Source of the DNA: Longimicrobiales bacterium
Lineage (GTDB): Bacteria; Gemmatimonadota; Gemmatimonadetes; Longimicrobiales; Gaopeijiaceae
Reading direction: 5' to 3'
DNA length: 64,000 bases
Assembly: GCA_965204735.1 (NCBI GenBank)
Contig: OZ242008.1
Span: 3,072,001-3,136,000, forward strand
How positions within the stretch are numbered: position 1 is the first letter of the stretch; every line of letters starts with the position of its first letter. The notes under the pieces are model-generated. The model was not told the origin of the DNA and did no database searches. It saw nothing but the letters and a program-made list of their open reading frames with translations. The position numbers and the translations under genes were made by a program. This document shows, in pieces, positions 9,142 through 18,319 of this stretch.

Positions 9142-9259
9142 GGAAACGTTCCTCGACAAGGGATGCCTCGCATCGGCCCGAGAGAGGGCGGAGTCGGAGA
9201 CTCGCCCTGGGCTTTGAATTGGATCAGAACTAGTCTGGCTAGCGACTAGTGTCTGCCAG

Positions 9260-9288
9260 AAAATAGAGGGTCTGGCGCGATCTGGCGA
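9260..9288 (-). promoter_or_regulatory. Putative sigma70 promoter of the beta-lactamase-like operon
   Basis: Minus strand TCGCCA (9288-9283), 17 nt, TATTTT (9265-9260). Confidence 0.5.
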
Positions 9289-9307
9289 GTCGCAGGCGCG
9301 CGGACAG

Positions 9308-11167
9308 TGTCGTACCAATTTAGAAATGTCCGGTCTTACCAAGATAGAAATGTCCTCTTTCGGGCGATGTTCGGCGGGAGTCGAACTCGTGCCCGGGAGA
9401 GGAGCGAATGGAGTTGAGCTTGAAGGAGCGGGACCGGATCTCGGTGTTGAGGCAGGTGAGCGAAGGCGTGCTGGCGGCGGCCGACGGCGCGGCGCGCTTC
9501 GGGGTGACGGAGCGTCACTTCCGGCGCGTGCGCCGCCGGTTCGAGGCGGCGGGCGACGAGGTGGTCGTGCACGGGCTCCGGGGTCGGAGGTCGAACCGGT
9601 CGCTGCCGTCGGAGACGCGGGAGCAGGTGCTGGTCATGGCCAGGGACCCCGACTACGCCGACTTCGGCGCCACGTTTCTGGCGGAGCACGTCGAGCGGGA
9701 GCTGGGCGTGCGCGTCAGCGCGGAGACGCTGCGGGCATGGCGGAAGGGCGCGGGCTTGTGGCAGCGCAAGCGCAAGCGGGCGAAGCACCGGCGCCGACGG
9801 CCGCGTCGCGCCGCGCGGGGCGAGCTGCTCCAGTGGGACAGCTCGGTTCACGCCTGGCTTGAAGACCGGGGGCCGCCCGACCTCGTGCTGATCGCGCTGC
9901 ACGACGACGCGACGAGCGGGTTCATGCACGGTCGCTTCGTCGAGCGCGACACGGGCGCCGCGAATCGGCGAGCGATCGTCGAGTGCCTCGAACGCCACGG
10001 ACGGCCGAGGGCGGTATACGTGGACCACGCGGGCCACTTCGGGCAGCGCCTCGGCCCGGAGGGCAAGCGGACCCGGACGATCATCGGCACGGCGCTGGAG
10101 AAGCTGGGCGTCGAGGTGATCCTGGCGAACTCGCCGCAGGCGAAGGGCCGGGTCGAGCGGACGTTCGGCACGGCGCAGGACCGGCTGGTCAAAGAGATGC
10201 GCTTGGCGCGAGTCACCACGCTCGATGCGGCGAACCGCTACTTGGAGGAGCGGTGGGTTCCGTTCTGGAACGAACGCTTCACGGTGGCGCCGGCCGATCC
10301 CCTCGACGCCCATCGCCCGCTGCCTCAGGACATCGATCTGGAAGCCCTCTTCGCCGAGACGGACACGCGGGTCGTGGCCCGCGACTTCACCGTGCGCTTC
10401 GAGAACCGCTTCTGGCAGGTCACGGCCCGCGACGCCGAGGCGGCCGGCGTCGCGCCGGGCTCCCCCGTCGTCGTCGAACGGCGCCTCTCGGGCGAGCTGC
10501 GCTTCCGGCATCGCGGCTGCTACCTGACGCCCAAGGCCTTGGGGGCGGTCCGGTCGGCGACGCCCAAGCCGGCGCCCGCGCCCGCGACGGCCAAGCCCAG
10601 GCCCAAGCCGCCGAAGCCGGGAAGGGATCACCCGTGGCGCAAGCACTTCAGCGCCAGCGTGGCCCAGGCCGTGGCCAAGCGGGAACACCGCGCCGCCCAC
10701 TCCAACGGGACCGGTCCCGAGCGGTGCAGGACCTCGTCCTGAGCCCGCAGGCGGGGACGGCGGCTCGCACCCCCCTTCCCGCAAAGGTCGGACGCGACCG
10801 CAGTGTCGGCATCCGTGCCTCCGAGGCTTGCCGGCGCTGCGCAGGTCGCTCGGCGCACCACGACCGTCCGAGCTGGCAGGCTCAGTGCGAACTGCGAGCC
10901 ATCGGGGCAGCAGTGTCCGGACCCGTCCGCGTTGGCGTCCACCCGGCCAGAGCTTGGCCACGGCGACGACCTCGACTCGCCCGGCCGCCACTGGCCTTGA
11001 AGCGCCCGGAACAGGGCGCCCGGCGCCGTCCAGCCCAGGCTTGCTGGATCCGCGTGTCCTGCGCCCGACACCTGGCCCCCGGCCTCAGGAAGAACCCACC
11101 GTCCACACCATCAGGGGGGACATTTCTACTTTGGCCAACTACCGGACATTTCTACTTTGGCTTGACA
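9308..11167 (+). mobile_element. IS1202-family (ISNCY) insertion sequence, copy 1, 1860 bp, 17-bp target duplication
   Basis: TGT...ACA ends; each end carries two TAGAAATGTCC subterminal repeats; direct repeat cgcaggcgcgcggacag at 9291-9307 and 11168-11184. Confidence 0.93.
9408..10742 (+). CDS. IS1202/ISNCY DDE transposase (444 aa)
   Basis: N-terminal HTH; 'LLQWDSS', 'YVDHAG', 'SPQAKGRVER' DDE motifs; Pro-rich linker then 'DHPWR' tail; AGGAG RBS. Confidence 0.95.
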   Translation: MELSLKERDRISVLRQVSEGVLAAADGAARFGVTERHFRRVRRRFEAAGDEVVVHGLRGRRSNRSLPSETREQVLVMARDPDYADFGATFLAEHVERELGVRVSAETLRAWRKGAGLWQRKRKRAKHRRRRPRRAARGELLQWDSSVHAWLEDRGPPDLVLIALHDDATSGFMHGRFVERDTGAANRRAIVECLERHGRPRAVYVDHAGHFGQRLGPEGKRTRTIIGTALEKLGVEVILANSPQAKGRVERTFGTAQDRLVKEMRLARVTTLDAANRYLEERWVPFWNERFTVAPADPLDAHRPLPQDIDLEALFAETDTRVVARDFTVRFENRFWQVTARDAEAAGVAPGSPVVVERRLSGELRFRHRGCYLTPKALGAVRSATPKPAPAPATAKPRPKPPKPGRDHPWRKHFSASVAQAVAKREHRAAHSNGTGPERCRTSS

Positions 11168-11344
11168 CGCAGGCGCGCGGACAGCGAAGAGCCAACCTTG
11201 TGCAACCATGGTGCACGGTCGCCGCACCGCCAGTCAGCCCCCGGAGATTCCACACGTCGCGAGTGCAGTTCACGCCCCACAACAAGGCGTTATTGAAGCC
11301 GGGGGCGCCCAGGTGCTGGATCGACCTCGTTTAGGCCGAGTCAA

Positions 11345-11382
11345 GAAAGGCGGCGCCCCGAGCCGACGGTCGCTCAGGCGCC
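11345..11382 (-). terminator. Possible intrinsic terminator of the small lipoprotein gene
   Basis: GC stem cggcgcc...ggcgccg overlapping the stop codon, followed on the minus strand by cctttctt. Confidence 0.4.
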
Positions 11383-11742
11383 GACAAGACCCCAACCCCG
11401 TCCGGAGACTCCAGAGCCTTCTTGATCGCCCCGGAAGAACAGGTCGATGTCTTCCGTTGTCATCTCTGGAAGGCGACCTTCGACATCCCACCCTTCCTGC
11501 TTCCACAGCTTCCGCTCCCGCTCCTGTATGTGCGGCGGCAGCACCTCGATCGCTCCCTCGAAGAAGCGACCCTCCTTCAGCGCCCGCTCCCACCGCTCCT
11601 GTATGTGCGGCAGCGCCTTGATCGCCGCCTTGGCCACCCCAGGCGGCAACGGCTGCATGCCGCTGGGCTCCACTTCCGGCGTGGTCGAGTCGCACGCCGA
11701 CAAGGCGGCGACGATCCCGAAGAGCTTCCACTGCTTGGACAT
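11374..11742 (-). CDS. Small hypothetical lipoprotein (122 aa)
   Basis: Strong GAGGAGG RBS; lipobox LSAC; internal repeat PHIQER twice. Confidence 0.7.
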   Translation of the reverse strand: MSKQWKLFGIVAALSACDSTTPEVEPSGMQPLPPGVAKAAIKALPHIQERWERALKEGRFFEGAIEVLPPHIQERERKLWKQEGWDVEGRLPEMTTEDIDLFFRGDQEGSGVSGRGWGLVGA

Positions 11743-11842
11743 GCGACACCTCCTCATGGAGAGAACCTGCAGCACGGGTGATTCCTCCCCGGCTTGGCGA
11801 GCCGCTCGCCCGGCCCGTCAGGCTGGTTAGATTAACCTCGCA

Positions 11843-12904
11843 ATGAACCACGTACAGACTCGCGCTCCGACGGCCCTCGCCGTGCTGGCCGTCGCGACCC
11901 TTTTCTCGGCTTGCGGAGGCGGTTCCGGCGACCCTGCGCTCCCCGTTCCCGATCCCCCGCCCGACCCTCCCGGCCCGTGCACCATCGCCGCCCGCTGCGG
12001 GGCGCGCATCGCACTGGCCTCCGGCGCCTTCCTCCCCCACTACGCCACGTACCCGCTCGACCGGGGCGCCGCCGGCAGCCCGACCCCCGTCGTCCGCGCC
12101 GTCGTGGTCGTGCACGGGAACCTCCGCAACGCCCACGCCTACTTCGAGCGGGTGGTGACGGCCGCCGAGCAGGCAGGCCGCCTCGCCGAGACGTTGATCG
12201 TCGCCCCCCGCTTCCAGACCAGCGACGACGCCCCCCGGCCCGACGAGCCGTACTGGACCAGCCCCGGCTGGAAGCGCGGTCACCCATCCGCCGGCGGCGC
12301 TGCCCCGCCGATCAGCTCGTACCAAGCTCTCGACACCCTCGTCGCTCGGCTCGCCAACCGCACCCTCTTCCCCGACTTGGCCAAGGTCGTGGTCACGGGC
12401 CACTCGGCAGGCGGCCAAGTCGCCCACCGCTACGCCGCCGGCAGCCCGGCAGAGGACCGGCACGACCGCCTCGCCTTCCGACACGTGGTCGCCAACCCCT
12501 CGACCTACCTGTACCCGACGCCCGTCCGGGAGTGGGCGGGGGAGCACGTCGTGCCCGACGCCCTCGCTTGCCCGGAGTACGACGAATGGCACTACGGCCT
12601 CCAGGCCCTGAACCCGTACATGACCCTCCAGACCGCCGACAGCGCCCTCGCCCGACTGCTGCGCCGCGACGCCGTCGTCCTCGTCGGCGACCAGGACACG
12701 GGCTCCGCGTCCCTCGACCAGTCGTGCGGCGCCAACTACCAAGGGCCGAACCGCTACCAGCGAGGGCTGGCTCTGGTCCGCACCCTCGCCCATGTCTTCC
12801 CGGGGAGTCACCGCCACCGCGCCGTCGTCGTGCCCGGCGTGGGCCATTCGAGCACTGGGATGTACCAGTCGTCGCAGGGCCGGGACGCGCTCTTCGGGTG
12901 GTGA
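11843..12904 (+). CDS. Alpha/beta-hydrolase lipoprotein
   Basis: Lipobox FSAC; 'VVVHG', nucleophile GHSAGG, 'ANPSTY', 'GVGHS'. Confidence 0.85.
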   Translation: MNHVQTRAPTALAVLAVATLFSACGGGSGDPALPVPDPPPDPPGPCTIAARCGARIALASGAFLPHYATYPLDRGAAGSPTPVVRAVVVVHGNLRNAHAYFERVVTAAEQAGRLAETLIVAPRFQTSDDAPRPDEPYWTSPGWKRGHPSAGGAAPPISSYQALDTLVARLANRTLFPDLAKVVVTGHSAGGQVAHRYAAGSPAEDRHDRLAFRHVVANPSTYLYPTPVREWAGEHVVPDALACPEYDEWHYGLQALNPYMTLQTADSALARLLRRDAVVLVGDQDTGSASLDQSCGANYQGPNRYQRGLALVRTLAHVFPGSHRHRAVVVPGVGHSSTGMYQSSQGRDALFGW

Positions 12905-12919
12905 CGGCGCCGGCGAGAG

Positions 12920-12992
<73 letters not shown>

Positions 12993-13187
12993 GCCCAAAG
13001 CTAACCGAACGGAGGGCCGTGTCCACGGCGCTCTGGCCCGTCGTCGCCGCCCCCGCCGGCCCGCTGGATCGGGAACTCGCAGCAGAGGCCGGTGGCAAGC
13101 TGTTGCGGCTCGTCCCGACCGCTTACGTTCTCTCGGTTGACGACGCGCCCGGCGGAGACGGCCCCAACAAGGCAGCGCTGCGACCCC

Positions 13188-14681
13188 ATGACGGAGACGA
13201 AGCGGCGGCTCGACGCGACGGCCCCCGAGGCCCGTTCCGGGCTGCCCCCGTTCGAGAAGCGGACGCTCCCCGCCCCACCCAGGCCCAAGGGGCTGGCCTG
13301 GATCGGAGTGGTAGGACCGGGCGTCATCGTCCTGGGCGCCTCGGTGGGGAGCGGCGAGTACCTCCTGGGACCCGCCGCCTTCGTGCAGTACGGGCTCGTG
13401 CTGCTTTGGGTGACCCTGGCGGCCGCCTTCCTCCAGACGGTCTTCAACACCGAGCTGATGCGGTGGACGATCGCCACGGGCGAACCGGCCATCACGGGCT
13501 TCATGCGCACTCGGCCCTGGTCTTCTCTTTGGGCGATCTTCTACGCGTTGCTGTACTTCCTGCAGGTGGGCTGGCCGGGATGGGCCGGCACGGCGGCGGG
13601 CGCGCTCTTCTTTCTGGTCTTCCGCGACTTGGCCGGCCCGGAGCATGCGGACCTGGTCTACTTGTTCGGCGTGGGCACGTTCGCCTTGTGCGTCGCAATC
13701 CTGTTGTTCGGCAAGCGCATCGAGCGCACGCTGGAGCTCCTCAACTGGGTGCTCGTCTCGGTCGTCATCGCCGGGTTCTTGATCCTCGGGCTGATCTTCG
13801 TCCCGCTGGGCACCTGGGCCGACGCCGCCGCCGGCCTTGCTGGCTTCGACCGCAGGATCAGCGCCTTCCGCTTCTTGCCCGAGGGCGCGGACTACTTCCT
13901 GCTGGGCGCCTTCGCGGCCTACTCGGGCGCTGGCGGGGTGATCAACCTGACTCTCTCCAACTGGGCCAGGGACAAGGGCTACGGAATGGCCAAGGCGGCC
14001 GGCTACATCCCGTCGGCCCTGAGCGGGAAGAAGGTGACGCTGGCGTCGTCCGGCTACACCTTCGACGCAGGCACGCCCCAGGCCCAGGAGCGATGGCGCG
14101 GCTGGTGGCGGATCGTCCGCGCCGACCAGTGGGGCGTCTACTTCGTGGGCGCCGTGCTGGGAATGGTGCTCCCCGCCGTTCTCTACGTGACTTACCTCGA
14201 GAGCGGAGCCGACATCCGCGACCTGTCGATCGCCGCCGCCCTGGCCAACGCGATGGCCACTCGAGAAGGGGCGATCTTCGGAGGCGCGATCGCCCTGATG
14301 GGCGTATGGGTGCTCTTCAAGACCCAGCTGGACATCGTGGAGGGGATGACCAGGGCCGTCACCGACATCCTCTGGACCGGCTCGCGTCGCGTTCGCCGGG
14401 TCCGAGGCGGCGACGCTCGACGCGTCTACTACGCCGTCCTGATCGGGCTCGCCCTGTGGGGCGTGGTCGCGATGAAGATCGCCCAGCCCATCTTCTTGCT
14501 CCAATTGGGCGCGAACATGGCTGGAATCGTGTTCGTGGTCGCGTCGCTCCACTTGCTGTACATCAACACGCGCTTCCTGCCCAAGGAAGTGCGTCCGCCG
14601 CTTTGGCGTCGCGTGGCGCTCGTGGCCATGGCCGTGTTCTACGGCGCCTTTGTTGCGATGTGGCTTGGCAGCATGTTGTGA
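13188..14681 (+). CDS. Nramp-like (APC superfamily) secondary transporter
   Basis: 'GPGVIVLGASVGSGEYL', 'RWTIATGE', many TM segments. Confidence 0.8.
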   Translation: MTETKRRLDATAPEARSGLPPFEKRTLPAPPRPKGLAWIGVVGPGVIVLGASVGSGEYLLGPAAFVQYGLVLLWVTLAAAFLQTVFNTELMRWTIATGEPAITGFMRTRPWSSLWAIFYALLYFLQVGWPGWAGTAAGALFFLVFRDLAGPEHADLVYLFGVGTFALCVAILLFGKRIERTLELLNWVLVSVVIAGFLILGLIFVPLGTWADAAAGLAGFDRRISAFRFLPEGADYFLLGAFAAYSGAGGVINLTLSNWARDKGYGMAKAAGYIPSALSGKKVTLASSGYTFDAGTPQAQERWRGWWRIVRADQWGVYFVGAVLGMVLPAVLYVTYLESGADIRDLSIAAALANAMATREGAIFGGAIALMGVWVLFKTQLDIVEGMTRAVTDILWTGSRRVRRVRGGDARRVYYAVLIGLALWGVVAMKIAQPIFLLQLGANMAGIVFVVASLHLLYINTRFLPKEVRPPLWRRVALVAMAVFYGAFVAMWLGSML

Positions 14682-14731
14682 TCCGCCCAACGAAGCACCG
14701 ACTCGTTCCCCCAAACCTGCAAGGAGGCGCC

Positions 14732-15817
14732 GTGAGCTCCGACTTCCCGAAGCGCCCAGGGCCCTCGACGAGCCCTGCGCGCCCCATCAGCAAGCGCGAC
14801 TTTCTCAAGACCGCCGGAGCGGGCGCGGCGGCCGCCGCCCTCGGAGCCTGCGGGAACGGCAACCCCATCCGCTGGAAGCTCCAGACCTACGCCGGCGCGC
14901 CGCTGGCCGAGCACGTCGTCAGGCCGATGATCGAGTCGTTCAACGCCGTCGCCAACGGCGAGATGGTGATCGAGCTGTACACGGCCGACGAGCTCGTGCC
15001 CACCGCCGAGCTGCTCCCTGCGATGCAGGAGGGCGTGCTGGACGCCGTGCAGAGCGACGACGACTCCATGCAGTCGCCTGCCGACGTGTCGATCTTCGGC
15101 GGCTACTTCCCCTTCGCGACCCGGTACAGCCTCGACGTGCCCGTGCTCTTCAACCAGTACGGGCTGCGGCGAATCTGGGAGGAATCGTACAGCTTGGTCG
15201 AGAACGTGACGTGGCTGAGCGCCGGCGCCTGGGACCCGTGCCACTTCAACACCGTCGAGCCGATCCGACGGTTGGCGGACCTGGACGGACTGCGGGTCTT
15301 CACCACGCCTACGGCGGGCGAGTTCCTGACGCGCTTCGGCGTCGTGCCAGTCACTCTCCCGTGGGACGACGTGGCGGAGGCGGTGAGCAGGGGCGACCTG
15401 GATGGCATCGCGTGGTCCGGGATCACGGAGGACTACTCGGTCGGCTGGGCGGACGTGACCAACTACTTCCTCACCAACAGCCTGTCGGGCGCGTGGTGCG
15501 GATCGTTCTTTGCCAACACCCAGTCGTGGGAGGCCGTTCCCAGCCACTTGCAGGAGCTGTTCCGCGTGTGCATGGACAGCTCGCACTACTACCGGCTCCA
15601 CTGGTACTGGGGCGGCGAGGCGCGTCTTCGCACGCAGGGCGAGAAGCTGGAGCTGACGTCGATCCCCGACGACGAGTGGCGGCGGGTGGAGGAAGAGGCG
15701 GTCAAGTTTTGGGACGAAGTCGCCGCGACCAGCCTCCGCGCCGCTCGAATCGTCGCCGTGCTCAAGGAGTACAACGAGACGATGGAGAAGGCCGGCCGTC
15801 CCTACCGCTGCTCGTGA
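14732..15817 (+). CDS. TRAP transporter solute-binding protein (DctP/TakP-like), Tat lipoprotein
   Basis: AAGGAGG RBS with GTG start; 'SKRDFLK...LGAC'; 'WKLQT', 'LADLDGLRV', 'GDLDG'. Confidence 0.88.
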   Translation: MSSDFPKRPGPSTSPARPISKRDFLKTAGAGAAAAALGACGNGNPIRWKLQTYAGAPLAEHVVRPMIESFNAVANGEMVIELYTADELVPTAELLPAMQEGVLDAVQSDDDSMQSPADVSIFGGYFPFATRYSLDVPVLFNQYGLRRIWEESYSLVENVTWLSAGAWDPCHFNTVEPIRRLADLDGLRVFTTPTAGEFLTRFGVVPVTLPWDDVAEAVSRGDLDGIAWSGITEDYSVGWADVTNYFLTNSLSGAWCGSFFANTQSWEAVPSHLQELFRVCMDSSHYYRLHWYWGGEARLRTQGEKLELTSIPDDEWRRVEEEAVKFWDEVAATSLRAARIVAVLKEYNETMEKAGRPYRCS

Positions 15818-15832
15818 CGCGGTCGGCTCCGG

Positions 15833-16816
15833 TCAGCTCGGCAGCCTGAACCGCGTCAGCACCGGCAGGTGGTCGCTGGTGGTGTCCCGGTAGCGCGGCA
15901 CGTACTCGTCGACGCGGTACACCAGCGCCGAGCCGGCCTCGTACCAAGCCATCGCCTCGTCGGAGGCCAGGACGTGGTCGATCACGTCGTCGAAGCCCAG
16001 CACGGAAGTGGCGCCCCCCGCGCCCAACGTCGCCGTCGGGAAGACCCATTGGGGCGCGGCGTCGAGGAAGTTGCGGTACGGCGTGTCCCGCCCGCTGGCG
16101 ATCGATTCGTCCAGATCGTCGTTCCAGTCGCCCGGGACGAGGAGCGGCTCGGTGGGCCACGTCGCTTCCAGGTACTCCTCCAGCCCCTCGGACGCAGCGG
16201 CCCGTCGCTCCCACGAATCGGGCTCCGGGTTGGCCTTGGCGTGCAGCGCCAGCACGACCACGTCCTGGACGCCGCCGCCTGCCGAGACCCGCGCTCGCGC
16301 TTCCAGCGGAGGCCGCCCGGCGAACTCGTGGTTCAAGCCGCCTAGGACGATCCGGGCGTTCGCAAGCTCCACCACCGACCGCTTGTACACGAAGCCCACC
16401 TTGAGCTCGGAAGCGTGGTAGAAGGCGGCGCCGTCCGCCACCGCCGGGTCGTCGGCCAGCACTCCGTCGTAGCCGGGGAGCTCGGCCAGGAGGGCCGCGA
16501 AGGACTCGGCCGAGACCACTTCCTGCACCGCCCAAAGGTCGGCGTCGGCGCCGAGGATCACGTCCCGCACCCGCGCAAGCTGAAGGGGCTCGTCGATGGG
16601 CCCGGACGACATCGATCCAAAGAAGAGCAGGTTCCACGTCGCCACGTCGAAGGTGGCGTCGGTTCCCCTCGCGGGCACGGCGACGGGCGCGGGAAGTCCT
16701 GGCGGGTCCGGGGGCGGCGGGCCGGTCGGAGACGAGGGACCGCAGGCGGCCAAGGTCAGCAGCGGCGCCGCGAACGAACGCGCGGTCGGCCGAGGGCGCT
16801 CCGCCGCCTCTCTCAC
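15833..16816 (-). CDS. Endonuclease/exonuclease/phosphatase family lipoprotein
   Basis: 'ATWNL', 'AVQEV', 'LHAKA', 'GDWND', 'IDHV', 'SDHLPV'; lipobox LAAC; GTGA overlap. Confidence 0.9.
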   Translation of the reverse strand: MREAAERPRPTARSFAAPLLTLAACGPSSPTGPPPPDPPGLPAPVAVPARGTDATFDVATWNLLFFGSMSSGPIDEPLQLARVRDVILGADADLWAVQEVVSAESFAALLAELPGYDGVLADDPAVADGAAFYHASELKVGFVYKRSVVELANARIVLGGLNHEFAGRPPLEARARVSAGGGVQDVVVLALHAKANPEPDSWERRAAASEGLEEYLEATWPTEPLLVPGDWNDDLDESIASGRDTPYRNFLDAAPQWVFPTATLGAGGATSVLGFDDVIDHVLASDEAMAWYEAGSALVYRVDEYVPRYRDTTSDHLPVLTRFRLPS

Positions 16817-17259
16817 CAGGTCCCGCAGCTCGCAGCCAGCCGTTCCAAGGACAGTTTCCACCCCACCTCGTGGCCCTTTGCGGCCTCGTCCGACGGAAAC
16901 CCGCAATGGCTCAGCAGAACCTTCGTCCCGCCCTCCACCGCCCCGAACTCCACCGTGACGGTGGTGTCGACGCCCATCGCCTGGGGAGGCTCTCGCCAGT
17001 CCCACGTAAAGGCCAGCCGCAGGGGGCGAGCGATCTCCCGGTAGGCGCCGAACGCCGTGAACGCGCCGGCGCTGGTCTCCATGCGCACCGACCAGCTTCC
17101 TCCGGGCCGCAGGTCGTTGTCGGCAACGACGCGGGCCGTGGGATCGGGGCAGATCCAGCGGGCCACCTGCTCGGCGCTGCTCCAGGCGTCAAAGACGGCC
17201 TCCGGCGAAGCCGCGACGACCTGCGCCAGCTCGATCCGACGCGTCGGCTCGCCGTTCAT
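16813..17259 (-). CDS. SRPBCC/AHSA1 domain protein
   Basis: 'PEAVFDAWS', 'DLRPGG', 'RLAFTW', 'GTKVLLSH', 'GW..SLERL'. Confidence 0.88.
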   Translation of the reverse strand: MNGEPTRRIELAQVVAASPEAVFDAWSSAEQVARWICPDPTARVVADNDLRPGGSWSVRMETSAGAFTAFGAYREIARPLRLAFTWDWREPPQAMGVDTTVTVEFGAVEGGTKVLLSHCGFPSDEAAKGHEVGWKLSLERLAASCGTW

Positions 17260-17624
17260 GGCCCCCTGTCCTCCAGCCACTTCTTCCATGTCTCTTCGTC
17301 CACGCCGACCGTGAGCTTGTCGCCATGGCGCACCAGCGGAAGCCGCAGTATCAGCGGCTCCTCGCAGGCCACCTCCAGCCACCGCGAGTAGCCGTAGTGG
17401 ACCACATGGAGTCCGAGGGCCCGGGACCGCTTCGAGTTCCAGTCGATCATTGCATCGGCCCCGAACCTGTCGAAGAAGCGCCGCAGCTCGCCCTTCGCCG
17501 GGCCTCGCCGCCTGAAGTCCACGAAGTGAACCTGCACGCGGCGTTCCTGGAAGAAGCGCAGAGCCTTGCGCACTCCTGCGTCGCCTCGCGTGCCGAACAC
17601 TTGCACGGACGCCGGCTGGTTCAC
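17256..17624 (-). CDS. ArsC/Spx/YffB-family thioredoxin-fold protein
   Basis: 'VQVFG...RKALRFFQERR', 'GELRRF', 'LRLPLVR..KLTVG'; GTGA overlap. Confidence 0.8.
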   Translation of the reverse strand: MNQPASVQVFGTRGDAGVRKALRFFQERRVQVHFVDFRRRGPAKGELRRFFDRFGADAMIDWNSKRSRALGLHVVHYGYSRWLEVACEEPLILRLPLVRHGDKLTVGVDEETWKKWLEDRGP

Positions 17625-18319
17625 TCGGCGAGCTTCCTGGCCAGGGCGTCCAGCACGCGGTGGAGCGACCGCCGTTGCCCGCCGAAGAGCCGCTTCCAGG
17701 GGACCAGGGCCGCCGTTGCGCCCCCGGCCAGCGCCAAGGGAACGACGACAAAGGGGGTCGCCGCCCCAATCGCCACGGCGAGCGCTCCCGTGGCGGCGGC
17801 AGAGATGGGACCCACCCCGAGCGTCATCACCATCAGCCCGTTGCGGTAGTTGCCCAGCGCCCGGAGGCGGGTCCGGTCGCCTTCCGGGCGGATCGACACG
17901 TACCGTCCGCCCAGCTCGTCGCTGGCCCGCCACTCGAAGCCCCCCAGGACCTCCTCGACAATGCCCTGCCGCGAGAACTCGGTGCGGATCACGTCAAGAA
18001 GCTCGGGGAGCCGCTCCGGATCCAGTCGCGTCTGCACGACCCGCTCCATCTGCACCGTCGGGGGCATTCCAAGGGCGGAACGGGCGGCCGCCGACAGACT
18101 CGATCGGGCGACCTTGCCTTGGTCCCCTGCCACGACGAGCGCCGCCGCCTCGTCGATCCGCGCGCCGTCGATCCCGGCCTCCGCTCCGATCTCCCGCAGC
18201 TCGGTCAGCGTCAGCCCCCTGCCTGGATCGTCCCCGACGGCGCAAGCCCTCTCGCTCGCCTCCGCCGCATGTCGCAGGATGAGACCTGCTTCCTCGTCGT
18301 CGTACCGCCGCTCGCTCAC
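17621..18319 (-). CDS. Hypothetical membrane protein ('ERRYDDEEAGLILRHAAE...LTELREIGAEAGID')
   Basis: GTGA overlaps at both ends; two C-terminal TM segments. Confidence 0.75.
   Translation of the reverse strand: MSERRYDDEEAGLILRHAAEASERACAVGDDPGRGLTLTELREIGAEAGIDGARIDEAAALVVAGDQGKVARSSLSAAARSALGMPPTVQMERVVQTRLDPERLPELLDVIRTEFSRQGIVEEVLGGFEWRASDELGGRYVSIRPEGDRTRLRALGNYRNGLMVMTLGVGPISAAATGALAVAIGAATPFVVVPLALAGGATAALVPWKRLFGGQRRSLHRVLDALARKLAE

Noticed and set aside
11275..11340. Integron attC-like site (acaacaaggcgtt...gtttaggc)
   Set aside because: The R boxes are imperfect, no complementary L boxes are visible, and there is no integrase or cassette array.
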